From the NCBI GenBank assembly GCA_965287045.1, contig OZ336880.1, forward strand, positions 40,920,001 through 40,984,000: a DNA stretch of 64,000 nt, written 5' to 3'. This document shows, piece after piece, positions 23,042 to 36,856 of the stretch. Both the position numbers and the translations under genes were made by a program. The DNA comes from Carcharhinus amblyrhynchos. Its lineage: Eukaryota. The notes beneath the pieces are model-generated. The model saw nothing but the letters and a program-made list of their open reading frames with translations. It searched no databases and had not been told where the DNA came from. Position 1 is the first letter of the stretch; each line of letters opens with the position of its first letter.

Positions 23042-23673
23042 GTACAAAAATACAAAATTTTATATAAACATTTTCCCATATGGTATGGTAGTTTCGTCTT
23101 GGCACAAAGGTGACAATTTTGTCTTGTTTTCATAATGTTTCAAAGGAAAAATTGACTGTTTGTTGCTTAAAAAAACTAATTTTCAACTGTTGTGAATATG
23201 AGTGTTGTGATCATTCTTCTTATCTGTGTACATACAAATTATGAATATTGTGATAGTATTAGCATTCTTCAATATTCTGCTAAGAGATGGATTAAATTGG
23301 AGTGAAGCTTCTTTCAAAAAAACTGAAAATTTGAAAAAAATTATGAAATATTTTAAGAAAAATTGTGATGATGATATTGGAATAAGACTCAGCAAAATGT
23401 TTCATTTGTTAGCAAAAAGAGTAAGGAGCCTTTTTGTGTTATATTTTAGCAGATATGTTACAAGGAAGTAAAAATATTCCATTAACTCTGTCAGTGATTC
23501 AAATTCATATTGACATTGCATTACATACATAAGTACCAATAACTGGTACAGCTTTACAATTATGTTATTGTTACAGTAGAGATTGTTGTGTGTTGTCCTC
23601 TTTGGTGCTTTAATGCATTCTGTATATTTTCTTCATTTACTCAAGTCTTTAAACAATCAATGTTCTTTTAAAG

Positions 23674-23757
23674 TGCCGGGGATCCCTAAAAAAGCAGTTA
23701 TTGAAGAAGCAAAACCAGCCATTATTTCAAGGAAAAAGGAGGTTTCTCCATTAGAAG
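23674..23757 (+). CDS. TTN: Titin PEVK exon (28-residue PPAK-type)
   Basis: 84 nt; VPGIPKKAVIEEAKPAIISRKKEVSPLE; aag|/|gtatat. Confidence 0.9.
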
Positions 23758-24094
23758 GTATATTATTACCTTGAGGAATTTTGTGCAAGCTTCATTCATA
23801 TATCATTTACTATCAACTTCATATCAGAATGCAAGCATGATTTTTCTTCATAATCATCTTATGTGTTCTAATCAGAACCCTGTTGTTGTTGGTGATGCTT
23901 ATTGTGGCATTTATTGATTTTATTTTATGCTATGTTTCATTCTGTTGTGAGTTGTCTTTATGTGTCATGCTCATTTATTGTTTTAAGTGTTTTATTTTTG
24001 CTTTAACATAATAATTGGGGATTTAATCTGGAATATTTGAATCCATGGAGGGATGATTGTAATTAATTTGTTATGTCATCAATTTAGAAAGTAA

Positions 24095-24191
24095 GGCTGG
24101 AGCTCTACCACAGAATCAGAGCGGGCGAAGGTCCGTTGACCTCAGGTGGGAATTTTCGGTCTCCCCCGATCGAGGCCGTAAAACCCCGCCC
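24095..24191. mobile_element. Short MITE (Harbinger-like)
   Basis: Termini GGCTGGAG../..CCCCGCCC with TAA on both flanks; related short elements at 28824-28947, 35464-35613, 36417-36548 and 50044-50163. Confidence 0.6.
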
Positions 24192-24220
24192 TAAGTCTAT
24201 TGTTTTCTTAGTTCCCATGA

Positions 24221-24445
24221 TGGGGGAGGCAATGCCTAGTGGTATTGTCACTAGACCATTAATCTAGAAACTCATCTAATGTTCTAAGGACCCGTTTCAA
24301 ATCTCACCATGACAGGTAGTGCAATTTGAATTCAATAAAAAGAATATCTGGAATGAAAAATCTCCTGATGACCATGAAGCCTTTGTTGACTGTCAGAAAA
24401 ACCCATCTGGTTCACTAATGTCCTTTAGGGAAGGAAACCTGCAAA
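24221..24445 (+). mobile_element. tRNA-derived SINE fragment
   Basis: gcctagtggta A box, tttcaaatctc degenerate B box, body ..aaaacccatctggttcactaatgtcctttagggaaggaaa.. recalled from shark SINEs. Confidence 0.65.
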
Positions 24446-25738
24446 ACATAATTTTAAAGGTAGTTTGATTTTTGCTGGCTCCCACTAGAGTTACTGCCAT
24501 TTTTTCATTTGTAGTATCAGTTGTCAAAATTATTAATTTGAATAAGGAATGTCTTCTTCCAGCAAATACAATGCTAAGATGCAAGTTCAGACAACATGGA
24601 AACTCCTGATGGTTCAGAGAGTAAATAGGATTGAATTTTTACTGATCAAAAAGATTTGATCAGTAAAACCCGTTTTAGAGCCCAAGATGAGTCAGCTTGT
24701 TTAGTCATGATGAAGTTTAACAATGCCAAGATTCTTTTTTGCATCCCCTATTTAGATAAGACAGAAACTTCCTTGCTTATATTCTAGAATCAAGTTTGAT
24801 TCTGTTGCAAGAAGAGTTTAGATGATTTAAAATGTGCTGGATGGTGGGAGGAGTGGTAAATGTGGCCAGGAAGGACACATAGTTGTAAGAGCAGTAGCAG
24901 ATTTTGAGAGTATGAGTGTTTCAGAGAAGAGGTGAAGTTAAGCCTTCCCCAGATAACTGGAGCAAGTGGAAAAGGGAAGGATTGTTATTTGTATTGTGGT
25001 AAAGATAGAGTTCTGTGGATCCATGGAGAAAATATGCAACGTGAAGTAGCAATCCAAGTGAAATCACTCAGTTTATTTGTTCATTGCAACCAGTTCCTGG
25101 CAATAGTGGTTAATGCATTAATATATTTTACCACACTTCATCATGTTCATTCACCATTTTGCCTTGGCACCCAGAAACTGTCATAGAGTATCTCAGGCGG
25201 AATTCTTCCATCTGGGACTAAGTTCTGTGGCTGGGGTATGGGAGAAATGCACCACCTTGTTTCTATTTTGAATGTCCACCAGCTCCCTTACAGACGTATC
25301 TGAAAATCTATTGGTCTTGCTTGAAAGCTTCTTGTCCCCAGACATCTTGCAGCTTCAGATTGTCGCTTCCCTGCTTGGGTCACAAAAAAAGCATATTCAC
25401 TGTAAGCCTTTAAGAAGCTGCTAAAGCACTTGATTTCTCACTTTCTAATCAATGAGCTGCCTTTGGTGAGTGCATTTTATGCTCTCACTTGACTCACTCT
25501 TGCAAATTATGGTCGATATGCAATTGGGTAGGTTTACCCAGTAACTTGTATAAATGCTTGCGCCTTTCACCATGCACACATCTAATAAGAGACAAAAACC
25601 GACCTTAATGTCTCCACTTGTTGAGTATAGTCAAGCAGTTATCAAAATGCACAGATCAGAAGATCTGTTTCTAATCCTTGGCTTGCATGATAAATCAGGC
25701 AATATTATACTTTTTTAAAACCATGCCTTTTCTTAAAG

Positions 25739-25822
25739 TGACAGAGGTTGGTCCGGAGCCAATTATTGAAGAAGTAAAACCAGCTGTTGTGCCAAGAAAA
25801 GAAAAGGTTGCTCCAGCAAAAG
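25739..25822 (+). CDS. TTN: Titin PEVK exon
   Basis: 84 nt; VTEVGPEPIIEEVKPAVVPRKEKVAPAK. Confidence 0.9.
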
Positions 25823-26171
25823 GTACAAGACCACTCAGGATCCAGACACCAGCATTATCTTTACATCATACAGCATTTTGTTCTTTCTTTTACAATAAAA
25901 ATGATAGCTACTTTCCATGCTTGGTGCTTCAGCCCGAATCAAAGCAATTTCTTTGATGTTTCGACTAGTGCAATTTCACTTTCTATATCTATTCATAGAT
26001 TTTACCATTCCTCTACAGTGTAGTGAAGTTATAACACAATTTTGTTTTGTTGTTTAGGTTACTCGTGCTCTTTGACTTAAGTAACCAGCAATTCAACATT
26101 TTCATTACAATGCTTAGATGAAAATGTTATTTCAAGCAATGAGGTGAATGTAAAGTTAATATCTTGGAGTT

Positions 26172-26475
26172 AATCATAGAACTCCTACAGTGCAGAAGGA
26201 GGCCTTTGGCCCATCGAGCCTGCACCAACAACAATCCCACCCAGGTCCTATCCCCATAACCCCACATATTTATCCTCGTAATCCCTCTGACACTAAGGGG
26301 TAATTTATCATGACCAATCAAAGTAACCCGCACATCTTTGGAGTTCAGGAGGAAACTGAAACACCCAAAGGAAACCCATGCAGACACGGGACAAATGTGC
26401 AAACTCCACACAGATTGCGACCCAAGCCTGGAATTGAACCCTAGAAGTGCTAGCCACTGTGTCATCACGCCGCCC
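26172..26475 (-). mobile_element. HE1/V-SINE-like SINE
   Basis: Reverse complement of the 8362-8662 element (aaactccacacag, ggaattgaaccc, ccactgtg). Confidence 0.88.
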
Positions 26476-27092
26476 TAATATGTAATATACATGTTATATG
26501 TAACGTAGAATCACCTGTATGAAAACAAACCCACTATTTAAGACAATTTTAAAATCAGTTACTATGTTGCAACATGAATCATTTGATTTGAAAAATATAA
26601 ACAGTGAAATTAAGTTGTTTATAATTTACAAAGATAGCAAAGAAATACTTTAATATGATGGTATCAGTGCACCCAGATCACCAGTATTATCCACCATTTA
26701 CTTTTAAAACTGCAGCCAGGTCTCTGTCACAAGTCAGAATACCTTGGTTATTCTTCCATAAAAGTATTTTGGGAAAAAAGTTATATTTAATGTTAAGCTT
26801 GTAAAGGGAAAATGTATTCAGGGAAATTTATTAAAATAGGCAACAATAAAAAGATAGTTAAAGTGCTAATAAGCTAGTTTAGATGTTGTTTCTCATGTAT
26901 TGTAAATAATAAATGTAACAATTCTTCTCTGTCCATGTCTCACTCGGTGTCTGCACAGGTTTTGAAATAGTAATCATGCAAAGGTTATCTTGGCGATTTA
27001 GTGTTTGTCATTGCAAGGAAAAATATCGCTTTACGTCAGCATTGTCTGCTGTGTGGTTCATGTCATAATTTCTTGCTTAAATTTTTTTCAAG

Positions 27093-27173
27093 TACCAGAA
27101 GTTCCTAAGAAACCAATTCCCGAGGAAGTTAAAACCATCAGAGTGCCAAGAGAAGAGATTGTTCCAGCTGAAG
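27093..27173 (+). CDS. TTN: Titin PEVK exon
   Basis: 81 nt; VPEVPKKPIPEEVKTIRVPREEIVPAE. Confidence 0.9.
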
Positions 27174-28153
27174 GTAAAAACAAATTCGTAGAAGATTTTA
27201 CATCAACATTCTTCATCCTTAATCTCTTATTCTTACTATTACAACTATTTTCAAATCTGCTTCTTATTTAAATGTTACATGTATTTTCCATGTCTGTATC
27301 TTTATGCTGGTCACTTCGTCCATTGCAACCTCATATATTGGCCCAAATCTTGCTGGAATGAGGCATCCTGTTGTGTGCACAATTATTTGTACTTTTTCCT
27401 GCACCCTTCAGATGAATTGTTTTTTGTCCCATAAATTGCAGAAAGTGCAAGCTGAAAGCATTATGGTTAGGGTAATGAGGCATAATAGGATTTAAGTGAA
27501 TGACAGGAACAACAGTCTATCTTCTTAACCAATGAGACTGGTGTTACACAAACAATCATCATACAGTTAAGAGAGTACTTACACTGTTAAGTTCCCAGCC
27601 CTAACAATCTGTGCCAATCTTAATTTAAGTTCAAAGTGCAAGTTCCAATAAGGTGCTAAAATATCAAGGCTGTTGAGGGTAAGATGTGGTTTGTGAGTCA
27701 AACAGTGGAGCAAAATGTCTTTAAAAAATCAAGTTATGGCAATTTATAATTCATATCACAACTTTTTTGTGTCTCAATTTTCATTATAACAAAGTATGTT
27801 ATCAGCTCACCATTTTTCCAGGAAAACTTGAGCCAATGCACTTAGCGCATTTCTTTATTATTGTTACAGGAGTAGCTAAATATGTTGATACACTACTATG
27901 ATAGTGTATCAAATAAATGTAAATTTGATCATGAACCTTCACATTTATAGGGAGATTTAATGAATATAAAACATGATAGTAATACAATGTTTGTTAAAAC
28001 AATCTATTCAGCATTTCATGTATGTTAGTTACTTTTATTGTGTATGTTTCATGTTATCGTGTTATGTCATGTTATGTATGTTTTGTACATCTTCAAAGCT
28101 ATATAAATGTTATTGGTTGAATCATAATGATTTAAAAAAAATATTCTTTCAAG

Positions 28154-28237
28154 TTCCGGAAATCCCTAAGAGGACAGTTGTTGAACAAGTGAAACCAATT
28201 ACCACCACAAGAAGAGAAGAGGTCATTCTAACCCCAG
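28154..28237 (+). CDS. TTN: Titin PEVK exon
   Basis: 84 nt; VPEIPKRTVVEQVKPITTTRREEVILTP. Confidence 0.88.
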
Positions 28238-28397
28238 GTATAAAATTAAGAAGGTGTCAATTGAGTTTATTCTTATATATGAAACCATGTATCATTTCCA
28301 TTGTACTGGAAATGATTCTGACTTCTTTCGGTCATCACATAAATTCTTTCTGAGACACTGCTTAGTAGCTTCTTAAAAACAATATTTGTTAAAAAGT

Positions 28398-28664
28398 TTT
28401 TTAAAGTTTATTTATTAGTCACAAGTAAGGCTTACATTAACACTGCAATGAAGTTACTGTGAAATTCCCCTACTCAGCACTCTCCAGCACCTGTTCGGGT
28501 CAATGCTTCTAACCAGCACATCTTTCAGACTGTAGGAGGAAATCCAAGCAGATACAGGGAGAACATACAAATTCCACACAGACAGTGACCCAAGCCGGGA
28601 ATCAAACCCAGTTCTCTGGCACTGTGAGACAGTAGTGCTAACCACTGTGCCACCTTGCTGCCCC
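28398..28664 (-). mobile_element. HE1-like SINE subfamily with a different tail
   Basis: Same tRNA head and core as HE1-like copies; tail aaagtttatttattagtcacaagtaaggcttacattaacactgcaatgaag. Confidence 0.87.
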
Positions 28665-30163
28665 AATAGATCACGCAAATTCTTACTGAGACACTGCTTT
28701 TGTAGCTTCTTCTTAAAAACATTATTTGTCTTTGTGCATTAAACTAAGTTGTGGTGTTCTGTCATATTGTCATGGTGTTCTAACAAATGTTGTAAAGTGC
28801 TGGAAATATAGCTAAGAGTTGTCCGGGCTCACATGTCCTGACCTTGTGGCCAATGGGTACAGAGAATTTGGCGCTCAGCCAAATCTCCGTTCACAGCAGT
28901 GGGACTGGAGAATCCCAGCTGCCGGAAGAGGTCAGAGAATTCTGGCCATAACCCTTGTGTGATAATATGATAGCAATTGATATTGAATATTCATATTTAC
29001 AATTTACGGTGAGTTTGTGCTGTTTAATTCAAATTATTAAAAATATTAATAACTTTTCAGCGACTACATGCTGACTTGTGTCATTACATTTGGAGATGCT
29101 GGCTGGCATTTTACGGCCCTTCCTGTAAGTGGAATCTTCCCGTCCACTGAAGCCCCCCTCTCCACGCCCCACCCTCCCATTCCCCCCAGCCGTGGCAGAT
29201 TCCCTGATGTCAAGATGGACAAGCAATACAGAACAACATAGACATCGGCAGGACTGGAAGATCCCACCAGCTGCCAACTCCACCACCAGAAAATGCTACT
29301 CGTGCAAGAAAATTAATTTTAATGTGAATTAACTTAGTTTGTAAAGAGTTTAATGCATCTTTGCAAAAAGAGGCACATGTAACATTAAATTGGCTAACAT
29401 ACTTAGATATTTAAACTGAAATGGTAAAGATTTAGTAGACACAACCAAAGCAGAAACAGAAGAGAAGTAAGTTGAAAACAAATGTGTAATTATCGATCTT
29501 GCAGAAAGAAAGACTTGAAATCTATGGATCCCAACCTAAGAATGTTGTGCTACAAATGACACCATGGCAATAATTTGAGTAAAATCGTTAATTCAAAATA
29601 TACACAACAGTAGTGACCAACTAAAAAATGGAATATAAAATTTTGACTTAAAGCAAATGAGTCAGATAGTCAAATCCCCCTTCTCTGCTCAATAATATTT
29701 CTTAGCCATGACCTCAAAAGAGCATATTCCAATTTGTTTGTATCAACAATTGAGATTTACGATTTTGTGCCCAACGTGAGACATTTTTCTGCAATTGGGT
29801 CTGTGTCCATTATAAAACACATTGAAATGTTCTCAATTAATTTCACATATAACATTTAGAACCAAGCACATTCCATTTCTCTGCACTGGGTTTCAACCCA
29901 AATCCCAGAGAATAGAAGGCTGTATCTAACCTATTTCACCATTTGGTCATGAATCTGAGATATTTATGTTTATTTTGCATGCACTTAGATAACTTCTCTT
30001 TATGAATTCTTATGAAAAGTAATTTACTTTATTTCTGTGTCTTGTTCACCTCATATTGTCATCTTTTGTCTCTTGTTAGTTCCATGTTAGCTTGTTGTTA
30101 AATGTTAGCCTATAACTATTTTTGAATTACATCTTAAATTAATAATGTTCTTTAATGTGCCAG

Positions 30164-30238
30164 AATTCATTGAGAAGACCATTCCTGAAGAAATTAAACC
30201 TGTTCCTGTTCCCAAAAAAGATATTATACCAACCAAAG
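30164..30238 (+). CDS. TTN: Titin PEVK exon (uses downstream CAG acceptor)
   Basis: tttaatgtgccag|AA...AAAG|gtataa; 75 nt; EFIEKTIPEEIKPVPVPKKDIIPTK. Confidence 0.8.
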
Positions 30239-30694
30239 GTATAAAAAGTTTTTTTTTAAACAATCTTGTAAAAGTATTCTGTCTTCAGTTATGATCCATG
30301 TTACCTTTTGTTGTCTTCTAATATGTTGCAGTGTGTGTTTTCTTTTAGTGTTTCTTGTTAATTGATGATAATTGTCTTCTACATGTTCATAATGAGTGAC
30401 AATCTGCTACAATACCATGGCATTCTGTAATTCATGCTTAAAATCTATGTAAATTTGTCTTAAACAGTTTTAACAGAAGTCTAATATTTGTGCAATTTGG
30501 ACTTTAGTCTGTAAGCTTGAACATTCGGATCTTTACTGAATTCAAATATTAAAATTTTTGAATTTAATAAAATTTTAATTATTGCATGATAATTTGATGA
30601 CTTACTTTGACAAAAAAAGTGAAAACTTGTCTTTAAGTGTAAGGTCAGCAAAGGAATTATAATTGCATGAAATATATTTTGTTAACAAACCCTC

Positions 30695-31990
30695 AGGTGG
30701 AATTCTTCCATGTTGAGACTAGGTGCTTTGGAGGGTTGCTCGAGCGCACCTGTCCTGCCAACCAGAATGGTGAGATCCCACCTCAGATTCAGTGCTTGGA
30801 ATCTCATTAATTGTACACAAACGCGCCCCCCTCAATTTTCCTGGTTGTCTGGCAGCTGATTCATCCGTTTGCCCTCTGCTGATGAGTTCAAAAGTCCTGG
30901 TGCTATATTTAAACACCGGTCCTGTTCACTCGTATCGCTCTCTCCAGCCCATTTGCCTTCACTGTGCAGGACGTCAGCAACCCAGAGGGAAAAGGCCAGC
31001 AGCTTCAAGAAGAAGTCTTTTTGATTCAACCACTCCCCCTCCACCCCTGAGCCCATCACCTGTGAGGCATCCATGTCCCTCTTTGATCTCAACCACCATC
31101 TCTGGAGTCTTTATCCATCCCCTTCCAGTAAGTGATGTGGTATTCCTTTGATCCCCTTATTGTGAGCTTTCCATGCAACCTTATTGGGGTCCAGTTTTCA
31201 TACCATTGGTCCTCCTTCTGTTGTTTGGCTTCATCATTTACCTTCTTGCCCACTGTTTTGCCAGCCATCCTAAGCCCTCACCATTCCCCTCCACCCCTCC
31301 CACCCTTGTACAGCCCTCCTTCCATATTGCTCTCCTTGTCTTAGCCTTTGTCAGGCTATATCCACTCCATCCCAAACTTCAGAACTTTATTGTGATAGCT
31401 GCATGAATCCCACAGCACAGTCCTGTAAAGATAAACACTGCTGGATGGCACTGGGGAAAGGAGACCCCTGTACTCCTCAACCCCAGCCTCAGTACTTATC
31501 TGACCTGGTGATATAGGAGGTTCCAGCAGCATGGTGATGTCCATGGAGTCCAGCTCAGCATGGAGATGGAGGGCAGAGTGGTGTACAGTGCATCAGGAGC
31601 AGCGCAGCACAAGAGCAAAATGTTGCACTGACCCCGAAGTGTCTGGACAACTGAGGACCATCTTATGCACGTCACTAATTAGCAATTGGGTTTGACATTT
31701 CCACTGGTATGATGGAAGCTGGAAAGGCCTGATGGGAAGCTGTGGGGGTGGTGGGTTTGCTGTTTGGATGAGAGTTCATGAGATGCAAATGAATGCAAAT
31801 AACATTTGTGCCATTTACCAGCAGGTAGTGCAACCCACTATTAAACTCCCCTCCCCATCCCCCACCCCCATCCTCCTGCCCCATTGGGAGAATTGCAACA
31901 TGATTTTCCTTGGATTTTTTTGTCTTCCACTAGATTCACCACATCCGCCCACCACCAAACCCTCTGGAGCTGGCTGGAAGAATTCCGCCC
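30695..31990. mobile_element. 1.3-kb non-autonomous TIR DNA element (Harbinger-like)
   Basis: TIRs AGGTGGAATTCTTCCA / TGGAAGAATTCCGCCC (14/16); homologous in inverted orientation to 55876-57446. Confidence 0.78.
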
Positions 31991-32182
31991 ATTGCTGATA
32001 TTTGTTATTGTTTAATTGATTGAGTAGTAATACATAACTGATAAAATATATTGAATTGTGATGTCTTGCATTAGTTTCATCTGTCACTTATGCTTTGTAT
32101 CTTAACCTCTTTCTACGTATCTTCATTGTCATATAACATACATTCTTAAGTGAATCTGATCTTAAACAATTGTCCTTTAAAG

Positions 32183-32266
32183 TACCAGAGATTCGTAAGA
32201 AGCCAGTAATGGAAGAAGAGAAACCAAGCATTATTCTAGAAAAAGAAGAGATCACTCCAGCAAAAG
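32183..32266 (+). CDS. TTN: Titin PEVK exon
   Basis: 84 nt; VPEIRKKPVMEEEKPSIILEKEEITPAK. Confidence 0.9.
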
Positions 32267-34234
32267 GTAGAGATAAATACGAGATGTTTTTGTAACGTTT
32301 TATTCTTCGAAATGACAGTATGTTGTTGCCATTATAATTACAGTTTCTGCATTTTGTGGTCATCTCTTGAACCTCAGTCTTACTTTGGTGCTGTTTGTTC
32401 TGCAGATGTAGACTGTCCTTCTGTTCTTTGTATAAAAAATGTTCTGTTAAAGTGTTGTATATATGTGCTTTGCATTACAAAACAACCATGCTGGGAAAGG
32501 TTTTTGAATGAGTTAAAAGAAAATTTAAACTTAAACCTGGTGATTCTTCGACCTTGCTAATGCAGGCACAAATCCCGTTGTGGGTCCCATAACGGACCCC
32601 TCCCGTTATGGTCCCGAGAGGGGCCATAACGGGATTTGCAACAGGGAGATTTCATTTTGAGATTTTCCCTTCTTCCCCCCGCATTCCCAGCTGGCGATAT
32701 AATCTGGTTCATACCCTTAAATTAGCATGTATTAATAGTGACTTAAGTATTCAGAAAAGACTTTAAGCTGAATTCTCAGGGAAGCTCAATGCTCACACCA
32801 TCTTGTGTGATGTGAAACCAGCAGAAATCACTACAGGTCTCCAAAACGGAGATCAGATGTGATGACCGTGATGGGGATGTGGGACCCTGAGGCCATTGTA
32901 GCTATACACACATTCCACCCCCCCCCACCCCACCTTAATAGTTAGACACATCATTAGACAGAGCCCGAGCACTGCCTCCTTCGCTTATGCCAACCTGCAG
33001 GAATTGCATCACATTTACTGCTGGAGAAGACATTTCATCATTTTTTAGAGAATTATAGCCAAAATATTTCCATTTATACAGAAACTTAAATGTGTAATGA
33101 ATTCTACTTCAGTTAGTGTTATATTGCTTTGATTTTGAAAAGTTAAAATAAAATTATGGGCTAACAAATATACATAAATTGTGAACCTGTAACTCATCCT
33201 TTGGCCAGGACTTTTTGCTCACGCTTTTTAAAGTTTATTTATTGTTGTCACAAATAGGCTTATGTTAACACTCCTGTCAGGCATGTTTGGCAGAGGGCCC
33301 AGAAAATCTTACGAGAACTCTCAAATCGTGTTTCACACCGATATAAATACGTGACGTGATTGTCCCTTCCATCATTGACATAGCCATTTCCCAACATTGA
33401 AAGTTGAGAACATCATTCAAATACATTAACATCTAATTATCAAGCCTCAACGCCTGAATCAATCTACCTACACCATCAGAAAGTCCATTCACTTTGGGTG
33501 GAACCCACCTGGCCTCCCAAGGTGTGTATCTGGCAAGCATCACTTGTGGGTGAGGGTCCTGCCCGGGCACTTCCAAGCAATGTCAGGGGCAAAGCCTAAG
33601 GAGTGTCAAGCGGAGAAGGGGTTTCGTGTGAACTTCTTTGCTTTAAAAATGGTGCCACAATCTTCAAAGGACTAAGTTGCTGGTGGGCATGTGAATCAGA
33701 GGCCACCCTGCCATTGTTACCTAATAAGACAGGCCTCTTGATTCTTTTTTCCCCCTATGTCCAACCCTATATGTCAGAGAAAACTGATGTTTCTATTGGC
33801 AGCTTCAACGCTGCTTCTCCAGCCCACCATTGGCCTTTATCAAATTCTGGGAAATTGCTGGTCTTTTAGTTTTAGCTTGTTGATGAAAATAACATTGAAG
33901 TATATTTTTCTCTGTCTATCTGTGATATTAAAGTAAAATAGATAAATTAATGACAGTGCAATACAGATTTTTCTTAACCATGCACAGAAGAAACTGTGCC
34001 CAATTAATGTAAAACCTCTTTATCGCAGTTGATGTGCAATTGCCTTAATAGAGTATGTGTTCATGCAAGTAAATCTCCTTCTGATTTAAAGATCATGTAT
34101 TTGCAAATGTGCATGAAATCCTATATTTGTATCTCTTGTCATTTGTGTTTCATGTTGTCTATTGTTTAACATCTTCACAATTATGTGTGCTTTATTGAGT
34201 TACTTTGCTCTTAATACACAATTGTTCTTTAAAG

Positions 34235-34318
34235 TGCCAGAGGTTCCTAAAAAGCCTGTGGCTGAAGAAATGATACCAACCCCTATTTCAAGAAAAGAAG
34301 CAGTCATTCCTGTCAAAG
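34235..34318 (+). CDS. TTN: Titin PEVK exon
   Basis: 84 nt; VPEVPKKPVAEEMIPTPISRKEAVIPVK. Confidence 0.9.
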
Positions 34319-34857
34319 GTATAAAATAAATAACAATGATTGTTGAACTTTGTATGTTATGTTTTTGATTTTTTTTGGTCATTATCTTTTGTTTATTTGT
34401 TTGTCTTTTTTGAGATGAAAATAAAACATGTTTAAAATTAACAATTTGACTTCCAACTCTTTAGGATGTACCAATATTAGTTACCTTTAGTTTTGCCCAA
34501 TCTAGTCTGACCAATGATTTGACCTTGACTTGGAAAAATTTAAGATTATTTAAATTTAAGTGTGATTGAAAACATTTAAATTAATGCGTGAACTAGAAAA
34601 TAATTAAACTCATTTGTAAAGACAATTTTTTTTCAAAATTTGTTAGCAAAGAAAACTTATTACCAATTACTGCTCAATTGCAGTAAACTATGTATATAAG
34701 AACTCTAGCTGTCTAACTTATTAGTTTCATTGCACATTCAAGACGTTCGTGCTAGTGTTTCACTCTCTTAGATGTGTTCATCTGGTCTCAATTAATGTAA
34801 TATCATGAAAGCTGTGCTTATTTATTTGGGCTAATGAAACAATAATGTTCTTTGAAG

Positions 34858-34941
34858 TGCCAGAGGTTCCCAAGAAGGCCCCTGTTGAAGAAATTAAAGT
34901 AGTTACTGTTCCAAGAAAAGAGGAAGCCCCTCCAGCTGAAG
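34858..34941 (+). CDS. TTN: Titin PEVK exon
   Basis: 84 nt; VPEVPKKAPVEEIKVVTVPRKEEAPPAE. Confidence 0.9.
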
Positions 34942-35762
34942 GTACATTGCAATGGAATGACTTACAATAATTTAGTTTCTAAATAGTGTGACAAAATCTT
35001 CATATTATTAAACAGAAAACAGCTTCTATTTTCATAGTCATCCCTGAAATCTTTTCGTACCCTATCTGAAATATAGAATTGATCATCTCTGTTTTTATAT
35101 GTCAGTCTATTTGTTTTGTTACAACATTGTATTATGTATGTTTTGTTGATGTAGTAATAACTCCAGAGTGTAGGGAAAATGATTTTTTTGTTAATTTGAT
35201 GTCAAATTTGAAAATAATCTGAGACATTTTGATTTGTACAGACTACATTGAAAGATTTCCAAAGTTATCAAGAGTATATTTTCAATTAATAAAAACACTC
35301 CAACAATATTTATTAGTTCAATACCACCATTCTTACAACATGGATTAGATTATTTTGTTAGAAAATTTGGACAAAAATGTCTTATTTTTGTCAGACAATA
35401 GAATGTGAAACAGTTAAAAACATAATCTATCACAACATGAAAATCATTTTCGTCTTGATACAAGGGTGGGATTTTCCAGCTGTCCTGGCTGGCAAGATAT
35501 TCTGGTCCTGATGAAGGCAGCGGGATGGGCAGGACATGCAAAATGCCACTGACATTTGCGAGCCAGCTCAATTTCTGGAAAACACTCTGAGGGAGGGCAA
35601 GAAAATCTCACCCAAGTCATGTTCATTCATAAGAAAACATAGATTTATGCTAGTTTGTCTACCAATTTGTCATGTTTTCTTGACTTACTGTTTATATGTC
35701 TTTGAATTTTTATGTAAGTTCTTTGAATGAATCTTATCTTAAAAGCATTATGTCATTTAAAG

Positions 35763-35843
35763 TGCCAGAGGTCCATAAGAAGCCAATAAAACCAGAAGAA
35801 AAGCCAACCATTGTTCCAAGAGATAAAGTAGCACCAGCAAAAG
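35763..35843 (+). CDS. TTN: Titin PEVK exon
   Basis: 81 nt; VPEVHKKPIKPEEKPTIVPRDKVAPAK. Confidence 0.9.
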
Positions 35844-36856
35844 GTACAAAAGTAGAATGACCGTCTTCTAACACAGCGACGTGTGCTCATACCATTAGAA
35901 CAAAAATAGTTATTTCTATTCCTGGACATGCACTATTCTTCTTCAGAACTTTATTTCTAATCCTTCTTGTTATTCTTTGATTCTTTATCAATTTGTCAAT
36001 GAATCTGTAATAACCTTGTGATTCTGAAGCTCATGTTATATCTGTGTAAATTGTAGAAGTTGTAAGATGCACAGAATTCAGTATAATTTTACAGCATAGA
36101 AACAGCCCAGTCAGCATTTGCTTATTATTGTCCATTTTAATCACCTCAGTTATTCTGTATATTGGAAAGTTCTACATTCTGATCATTGAGTGAAGAAGCT
36201 CCTTCTAAATGCCTTATTGGGTTTATTCTTGGATATTTTATATTCATTGTCCCACATTTTGGATTCTCCACAAGTGGAAACACACTATCAAATCCGTTCA
36301 TAATTAGTCTTTCTTCTTTTAGAGAAAGGAACTCCAATCTGTTCGATCTTTTCGACATTTGGTTGCATATTTTTCAAATGCAACCAAATAAATCTAAATA
36401 TTATTTTGAAGATTTTGGGTAGGATTGTTAGGCTGTGGCGCCCCAAGACTGGAAATTCCCACCTGAGCTCAACGGACTTTGAATCATCCTCCAAATTTTC
36501 TGTCCCGCTACGATTCCCGCAGCAAGCGAGACAGGAGAATTTCGGCCTTTATTTTATACCAGTGTCCCAATGTGTAGTGATCCACCAGAAATAACATTTT
36601 AGTCAATTACATGAATGATTATAGTTGAACAAGCCTGGTATATTACTATTGGAAAATCTTCAGAATTTTCAAGCCATCAAACAGACATTGACAAATATAT
36701 ACTCTCTTAGTTCACCAAGTAAATGTGCACTGACAGTAGAGAAAATTCATAGTTTTACGGCAATGTGTGTTTCATATAGTATTGACATATTTTTAAATGT
36801 CTTGAATGAAGCATTTTTTGGATTGAACATATCTTAAAATGCAATGTTCATTAAAG

